From contig NC_010814.1 of assembly GCF_000020385.1 (NCBI RefSeq), positions 2,430,001-2,462,000 on the forward strand: a stretch of DNA of 32,000 nucleotides. The letters run 5' to 3'. Below are positions 26,331 through 32,000 of this stretch, piece by piece. A model generated the notes under the pieces. That model was given only the letters and a program-made list of their open reading frames with translations, was not told the origin of the DNA and made no database searches. The position numbers were made by a program, and so were the translations under genes. Each line of letters starts with the position of its first letter. Position 1 is the stretch's first letter. Source of the DNA: Trichlorobacter lovleyi SZ (GTDB taxonomy: Bacteria; Desulfobacterota; Desulfuromonadia; Geobacterales; Pseudopelobacteraceae).

Positions 26331-26464
26331 TACGCGCATCATTCTCTGGAACGAATATTTACCTAAACATATCGGATGTTTGCCAATGCAGACCATCGTC
26401 CCTGCCTGCTACACGGGCGGGAATCGCGATACACTTCACACCCTGCAGAAAGGAGGTTAATTTG

Positions 26465-27688
26465 ATGGTACGGATGCCTAAGCGATTGCTGTACCCACTG
26501 CTTGGAGCCGCCCTCCTGATGCCTGTCAGCACGTCATGGGCTCTGGAACTCCATGGACGGTCATCAACCCAGTATTTATGGTTCAACAACATCTTCAACG
26601 ACAAAAAACAGGCGGAATTTGCCCAGTATCTTCAATTTTCACTGAGCGACATCGATCCGGACAAAAAACTCACGTTGCACGGCTATGGACGGATTTCCCA
26701 GGATGTCATGAATGGTGAAGGCTTCGGTGAGCGCCTGTTTTATCTGTATGCCGATTACCGCGACCTGTTCAACAAGGTAGATATCAGGGCCGGACGCCAG
26801 TTCGTCAACTACGCCGCCGGCAGCGCCCTTATCGACGGCGGCATGGTCGATCTGAAAAATGTCGGACCGGTTGCCTTCTCGGTCATGGGAGGGCGCAACG
26901 TCTATTACGGCATTGACGGCGAACTGACCCATGCCGGTGATACCGTCTTTGGCGCAGCGGCCTACCTGACCGGCTATCCTGCCACCGATGCCGAGATCAG
27001 CTATTTTGTTAAACGCGACAATGACGGCATCGCCAGAGAGCAGATCGGCGCCATGTTCCGCCAGTATCTGTTCGGCGGGCTCAAGTTGTACGGCAACACC
27101 CGCTTTGACATGGCCAGCGAGAATTTTGATGAAATCCTGGCCGGAGCAAAGTACTTCGTCAACGAAAACCTGGTGCTTACCGGGGAATGGTTCCAGAGTT
27201 ACCCGACCTTTGATTACACCTCGATTTACTCGGTATTTGCCGTGGACCGGTATCAGGAAGGCTCATTCCGGGCCGATTACACCATCAATCATATGTTTGC
27301 CGTACGGGGCGCCTACAAATATCAGGACTTTGGCGAAAACACCGAAGGGCATGTCTTTGAGGCAGGCCTGAAGGTCAGACCGATTGAAACCCTGATGCTG
27401 GACTTCGGCTATGACCGCCGTCACGGCTATGCCGGCGACCTGGACGGCTTCACCGTTGATGCCCAGTATGACGTGACCCCCAACCTGCAACTGGCTGGCG
27501 GCATGGCCTACGATGTCTACAAGAAGGACAGCATGACCGGCGATACCAATGCCCAGAGCTACTGGCTGGGTACTCGCTACAGGCTGAACAAGACCATGTC
27601 TGTTGACGCCCGGGTACAGGACAATATCAACGTTGGCCACTTCAGACACGACTGGTCAGGTCGGGTTGCTTTCAACTACGACTTCTAG
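26465..27688 (+). CDS. Outer-membrane beta-barrel (porin-like) protein of a porin-cytochrome conduit
   Basis: ATG 26465 lies 8 nt after AGGAGG. The signal peptide is ...PVSTSWA/LE. It has no Cys or haem motifs, an alternating hydrophobic/aromatic pattern and a C-terminal ...AFNYDF (terminal Phe, an OMP signature). It sits between cytochrome genes. Confidence 0.75.
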   Translation: MVRMPKRLLYPLLGAALLMPVSTSWALELHGRSSTQYLWFNNIFNDKKQAEFAQYLQFSLSDIDPDKKLTLHGYGRISQDVMNGEGFGERLFYLYADYRDLFNKVDIRAGRQFVNYAAGSALIDGGMVDLKNVGPVAFSVMGGRNVYYGIDGELTHAGDTVFGAAAYLTGYPATDAEISYFVKRDNDGIAREQIGAMFRQYLFGGLKLYGNTRFDMASENFDEILAGAKYFVNENLVLTGEWFQSYPTFDYTSIYSVFAVDRYQEGSFRADYTINHMFAVRGAYKYQDFGENTEGHVFEAGLKVRPIETLMLDFGYDRRHGYAGDLDGFTVDAQYDVTPNLQLAGGMAYDVYKKDSMTGDTNAQSYWLGTRYRLNKTMSVDARVQDNINVGHFRHDWSGRVAFNYDF

Positions 27689-27703
27689 GAAGGGGGGATT
27701 TTT

Positions 27704-28435
27704 GTGAAGAAAGTTTTTTTCATCTGCGCACTGCTCATCTACGGCCTGCTGATCTTCAATCAGCAGCAGTCCCGTGCCGAGAAAATGTCGCACAAGGACT
27801 TTGCCAAGATGGAACTGAAAGATTGCAACTCCTGTCACAAAGAACAGGGCATCCCCCTGACCCATGACAACGACTGGGCAGGCAGGCACCACCAGAACAC
27901 CGACTGGATGGGTGAACACCGTGCACTGGCCGGTAAGGCCGGCACCAACTGTATCGAGTGCCACACGCAATCATTCTGTAACGACTGTCACACCGGTGGC
28001 GGCGTTGACGCAGCATTGCGTACGCCGAACTTTAAACGCAACTACATGCCTAAAAACCACCGCAGCGACTTTATCAGTATTCACCCGATCAAGGCCAAGG
28101 ACAACCAGCAGAGCTGCATCCGCTGCCACAACCAGAAGTTCTGCTCCGACTGCCACGTCCGCTTCCCCAAAGGCTCACTGCGGATTAAATCGCACAACCC
28201 TGCCGGGCCGAACAATCAGATCTATGCTGCCTCAAACTGGTCCCAGGAACACTCGACCGAGGCCCGCAGAAACCTGCAATCCTGCCAGACCTGTCATCCA
28301 TCCGGCGATGTCTGCATCAAGTGTCACAGCAGCGGCAAGACACGGCCCCACCCCCGCAACTGGAAGGCCGGTAACTTCAAAGACAGAACCAACGGCAAGG
28401 TATGCGTCAAGTGTCACCTACCGGGAACGTATTAA
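27704..28435 (+). CDS. Periplasmic octahaem c-type cytochrome (OmaB/OmaC-like)
   Basis: GTG 27704 follows GGAAGGGGGG. It has a Sec signal peptide with no lipobox. Eight CxxCH motifs sit in about 218 mature residues, several as CxxCH-x3-5-CxxCH pairs. Confidence 0.85.
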   Translation: MKKVFFICALLIYGLLIFNQQQSRAEKMSHKDFAKMELKDCNSCHKEQGIPLTHDNDWAGRHHQNTDWMGEHRALAGKAGTNCIECHTQSFCNDCHTGGGVDAALRTPNFKRNYMPKNHRSDFISIHPIKAKDNQQSCIRCHNQKFCSDCHVRFPKGSLRIKSHNPAGPNNQIYAASNWSQEHSTEARRNLQSCQTCHPSGDVCIKCHSSGKTRPHPRNWKAGNFKDRTNGKVCVKCHLPGTY

Positions 28436-28465
28436 CATCATTACATCATCAAGGAGGAACTACGT

Positions 28466-29968
28466 ATGCAGATGCGAAGATTAGTAGTCATGCTGTTTTG
28501 TCTGCTGCCCATGACGGTACTTATGTACGGCTGCGGCTCCACTTCCAAAGAAGGTTCTGCGGTCAGCGGTCCCGTCAAGGTTGACGAGGCTTCATGCGCC
28601 CAGTGCCACGCACAGGCGGTTGACTCAATTGAGCCATCAACAACCATTTACGCCAAGTACAACCAATCCCTGCACTTCACCAACAACTTCCATACGGTGG
28701 GCTGCCAGGACTGCCACGGCGGCGGTTCGCAGCACAACGGTGTCGGCCCGATCCAGTATGCCAACCCCGATGCAGCCGGACAATGTTTCAGCTGCCACAA
28801 AAACTATTTAAATAGTGAACATTACGCAGTCTATCCTGCTTCTTCTGTCTACAACGGCCCTGCGCACAATGCGCAATACGTCAGCACTAACTATCAGAAC
28901 TCCTGCAGCAGCTGCCACGACTCCCATCAACCCAAAGTTAGTCAGGAACACACCGACTGGGCCACATCAGGCCACGGTGAAGTCAGCGCCGAAGGTTGGG
29001 CACACTATGACTTCAAATTCTATGGCACCGGCGAATGTACCCCCTGCCATACCTCAACCGGCTTTATCAATTTTGTCAGCAACGGCTTTACCATGCCCAC
29101 CAGCACCTGGGCCACCGCCGGTGACGGCAGCCGCGAAGTGCTGACCTGCAAGGCCTGCCACACAGATTACAACTTCAAAAACCGGATCCGCAACGTTGCC
29201 GCAGTCAAGGCGATCTACACCTATAACGGCGCCAACGTTCAATTCAACAGCATGGGCGCATCAAACCTCTGTATCACCTGCCATGCCGGTCGCGGCAACA
29301 CCCAGTCTGCCAAGAGCACCAGGTTCCAGGGACACCATGCCCCGGCTGCCGGCGTGCTGTTCAGCTCATCAGCCCACACCGGCTACGAGTTCAGCGGTAA
29401 ATCCTATGGCAATGCAACCGGCTTCATTCACAACAAGATCGGTACCTCTGCCGCTCCCGGCACCGGTTCCAACGGTCCCTGCGTAACCTGTCACATGAGT
29501 GCCGCAGATAACGCAAACAGCCATAAGTTCTCGGCAGCCACCAAGAACACTGCCGGTGCCATTACAGCCCTGCCAACCCAGGCTGCCTGCCTCAAGTGCC
29601 ACTCGGCTGCCTTTGTGACGCCTGCCAACATGGAACTGCTGCGCCTGGGCTACAATGAGGCCGGTGAAGTCCTGAAGGCCTATGTTGCCAACACCATCAC
29701 CAACTACCTGAATGTCGCCATTACCAGCACCAACTACGCCACGGTTGCCGACAATGCCTATGGCGCATTCCAGAATGCGCAACTGTCGACAGAAGAAAAA
29801 GGTGCCTTTGCACACAACAGCGTTTATGCCAAGCGCCTGATCTTCGACTCGATCGACTGGATGGACAACGGTGCGTTCAACAACACCATCACTATCCCGG
29901 CCGGGTATCCGAACGCACGTGCCTGGTTCGGTGCCGATGCAGCCGGTGTTGTGGCAAGCCGTCCCTAG
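28466..29968 (+). CDS. Nonahaem c-type cytochrome lipoprotein
   Basis: ATG 28466 follows AGGAGG (28452-57). It has a lipobox LMYGC and nine CxxCH motifs. The C-terminal region of about 120 aa has no haem motifs. Confidence 0.85.
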   Translation: MQMRRLVVMLFCLLPMTVLMYGCGSTSKEGSAVSGPVKVDEASCAQCHAQAVDSIEPSTTIYAKYNQSLHFTNNFHTVGCQDCHGGGSQHNGVGPIQYANPDAAGQCFSCHKNYLNSEHYAVYPASSVYNGPAHNAQYVSTNYQNSCSSCHDSHQPKVSQEHTDWATSGHGEVSAEGWAHYDFKFYGTGECTPCHTSTGFINFVSNGFTMPTSTWATAGDGSREVLTCKACHTDYNFKNRIRNVAAVKAIYTYNGANVQFNSMGASNLCITCHAGRGNTQSAKSTRFQGHHAPAAGVLFSSSAHTGYEFSGKSYGNATGFIHNKIGTSAAPGTGSNGPCVTCHMSAADNANSHKFSAATKNTAGAITALPTQAACLKCHSAAFVTPANMELLRLGYNEAGEVLKAYVANTITNYLNVAITSTNYATVADNAYGAFQNAQLSTEEKGAFAHNSVYAKRLIFDSIDWMDNGAFNNTITIPAGYPNARAWFGADAAGVVASRP

Positions 29969-29976
29969 TTTTTAAC

Positions 29977-30004
29977 GTTCCCGGAGGCCCAGGCCTCCGG
30001 GAAC
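29977..30004 (+). other. Perfect 13-bp palindromic stem-loop just after the operon's last stop
   Basis: GTTCCCGGAGGCC-CA-GGCCTCCGGGAAC. No U-tract follows. Confidence 0.6.
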
Positions 30005-30047
30005 AGACCACGTCCTTCATGTATTGGTGTACCGCCCAGGTACTGTT

Positions 30048-30075
30048 GCCGTCCCCTCCGGGGGGCGGCTTTTTT
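30048..30075 (+). terminator. Rho-independent terminator of the cytochrome operon
   Basis: GCCGTCCCC-TCCG-GGGGGCGGC (9 bp including one G.U pair) followed by TTTTTT. Confidence 0.8.
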
Positions 30076-30185
30076 CTGCGAACCTGACTATTTCGCGCGT
30101 AGTTGAGGGAGAACAGACGGCCGGTTACACAAAGAGAACGCCGTGAAATGGAAGTAGTAGTACGTCTGTTTCGGAAAGGAACGGC

Positions 30186-32000
30186 ATGCTGAAACGCAAT
30201 ATCAGGAGGCAGGTACTGGTTCCACTGTCACTTACCTTCATCATCCTCACCATCTCGTTTATCTACACCAGCTACCGAATCAGGATGGATGATTATGAGC
30301 GGGGGATCGCGCACCGTTATAAGCGGGTCCAACATATCCTGAAAAGTCTGATTGGCGACCGGACACGTTTCATGACCTCCTCAATCGCCTTCATCGCTGA
30401 GCAGCAGCAGTTCCAGGATGCCATGCGCAGCAAAGACCGCCAGGCACTCCTGCAGCTCGGTCATCCCATACTCAAACGGCTCTTCAGCCAGCAGCAGATC
30501 ACCCATTTCTATTTTTATGACCCAAACGGGGCGATTATCCTGCGGGTCTATGACCCGCAGGACACCAGCGCCTCTCCGATGCGACATACCCGTCAGCAGG
30601 CAATGGTGCGGGGTGAAACCGTTTCCGGACTTGAACTGGGCCGGAACGGCACCTTCACCCTGCGGGTTGTGTATCCCTGGAAAGTGCATGGTAAACTGAT
30701 CGGCTATATCGAATTGGGCCAGGAGTATGACCACATCCTGCAGGAATTACGAGCGGTCACCCTGATTGATTTTACCGTGGCTCTGGACAAAAAGCAGCTT
30801 GACCGTGAGTCCTGGGAACACGGCATGAAGCTGCTGGGACGTCCTGCAGACTGGAATCTTCTTCAAGATCGGGTCTTGAGTGATCAGACGGTCACCCTCC
30901 CACCCACTGCTATTGCAGCGCTGCTTGAAACGGGCAAAGGGGAAGAGAAACAAACACAGCAGATCAAGATCAAAAATAGAACCTACGGGGCACGTTCGTT
31001 TCCGTTGCAGGACATCGTTCAAAAAGAGGTCGGCCGGTTTATCCTGATCACCGACCTGACCGACAGCATAGCCTCATTTCGCCTCTTCATAACACAGATC
31101 CTTGCCTTCAGCCTGTTGGTATGCGCCGGATTGTTCACCTACTCCTACCGTTTGCTGGGCCAGGTGGATCAACACCTCAGAGAAAACCGGGAACAGCTTA
31201 ACCGGGAGCTGGAGCAGCGGGCTGAGACCAACAGACAACTTGAGGCGGAGGTTGACGAGCGGCAGCGGGCCGAGGCGAATCTGGTCACCCTGAACGAGCA
31301 GCTTGAGCAACGGGTGCTGGACCGGACGACGCAGTTGAATCAGCTGAACCGGCACCTTGAGACCAGCCGCAGCGAACTGGAGGAGGCCTGCAGAAACCTC
31401 CAGTCGCAGCAGGCAACCATCCTGCAGCAGGACCGGATGGCCTGCATCGGACAACTGGCAGCCAGCGTGGCCCATGACATCAACAATCCGATCGGCTTCG
31501 TCTATGGCAACCTGGAGGTCCTGAAAAACTACTGGGGCAAGCTTGCAACCTTTCTGGCCGAGCAGGACACGCTGCTGGCATCCTTGCTGTCTCCCGAACA
31601 GCTGCGCCATACAGCAGAGCGTCGCCAGGCCCTGAAGGTGGATTACGTACTGAATGAGTTTAATGCCGTGCTTGATGAATCACTTGAAGGAGCGGAACGG
31701 GTCAACCGGATTGTGCTGAACCTGAAAGGGTTTTCACGTCTTGACGAGAAGGAGGCCCGTCTGGCCGATATTCACGACTGCCTGGAAAGCACACTGAATA
31801 TCGTGCGGAATGAACTGCGCTACAAGGCCGATATCAAAAGGGAGTACGGGGATATCCCCCGCCTGGTCTGTTATCCCCAGCAACTGAATCAGGTCTTTAT
31901 GAATCTGCTGATCAACGCCTCACAGGCCATTGAAAACTGGGGCGAGATCACCATCCGTACCTGGACGGACCGGAAGAATGTCTTTGTCGCCATAGGTGAC
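30186..32000 (+). CDS. Second Cache-type sensor histidine kinase, paralogous to 18945-20981; 3'-truncated by the window edge
   Basis: It is absent from the ORF track because there is no stop. I translated it by hand: 605 codons are open from ATG 30186 to nt 32000. The layout matches kinase 1 (TM, periplasmic domain with [15 protein letters not shown], TM, coiled coil, H-box [13 protein letters not shown], N-box [10 protein letters not shown]). Confidence 0.85.
   Translation, partial: [605 protein letters not shown]

Noticed and set aside
26347-26362. Second sigma54-like promoter, TGGAACGAATATTTAC, before the porin gene. Also TGGAAACAAACGCACG at 23878-23893.
   Set aside because: The first has a good -24 GG, but TTTA stands where the invariant -12 TTGC should be. 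The second has its GC two positions out of register. Neither meets the GG-N10-GC rule.
23804-26464. GEMM-I (c-di-GMP / cGAMP) riboswitch upstream of the cytochrome genes, as found before many Geobacter exoelectrogenesis genes.
   Set aside because: I scanned the leaders at 23062-23152, 23804-23930, 26280-26464 and 30006-30185 by eye for the conserved GEMM-I segments (GCAAA...CGAAAG...GGACGCAAAGCC) and found no match. A covariance-model scan would be needed to exclude it formally.
1-32000. Mobile elements, prophage genes, CRISPR arrays, tRNA/rRNA genes, toxin-antitoxin pairs and defence systems.
   Set aside because: I found no transposase/integrase-like ORFs, no arrays of regularly spaced direct repeats and no tRNA-like cloverleaf candidates in the intergenic regions. 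All ORFs longer than 100 aa outside annotated genes are shadow ORFs.

Overview
The window looks like a chromosomal segment from a Desulfuromonadales/Geobacter-like deltaproteobacterium. That assignment is an inference from gene content, about 55% GC and the many multihaem cytochromes. I see no rRNA, tRNA, CRISPR array, transposase or integrase.

The window splits into three blocks.

(1) 1-5449: the 3' end of a PUFA-synthase-type gene (FabA-like dehydratase domain) is translationally coupled to a complete oleABCD head-to-head olefin cluster.

(2) 5421-18683: housekeeping genes. These are lgt, a tlpA/resA-ccdA-VOC cytochrome-maturation operon, a polyprenyl-PP synthase, a DEAD-box helicase, thrC, rpmB, and the conserved yicC-gmk-rpoZ-rel-ridA operon.

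(3) 18945-32000: the block most worth attention. A Cache-type histidine kinase, a single-domain receiver and a sigma54 (NtrC-type) activator lie upstream of an AT-rich 395-nt region. That region carries a near-consensus -24/-12 promoter and three TTGAACA repeats. Five genes follow:
- a TetR regulator
- an OmcA/MtrC-type decahaem lipoprotein
- an outer-membrane beta-barrel
- an octahaem periplasmic cytochrome
- a nonahaem lipoprotein cytochrome

A second, paralogous Cache-type kinase follows and runs off the window end. I read this as a porin-cytochrome extracellular electron conduit that joins a Shewanella-type surface decahaem to a Geobacter-type (OmbB/OmaB/OmcB-like) module under two-component/sigma54 control.

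Separately, an imperfect palindromic intergenic element occurs three times, always inside an operon and always in the sense orientation. Two of the copies form homologous full-length leaders of ridA and gmk.
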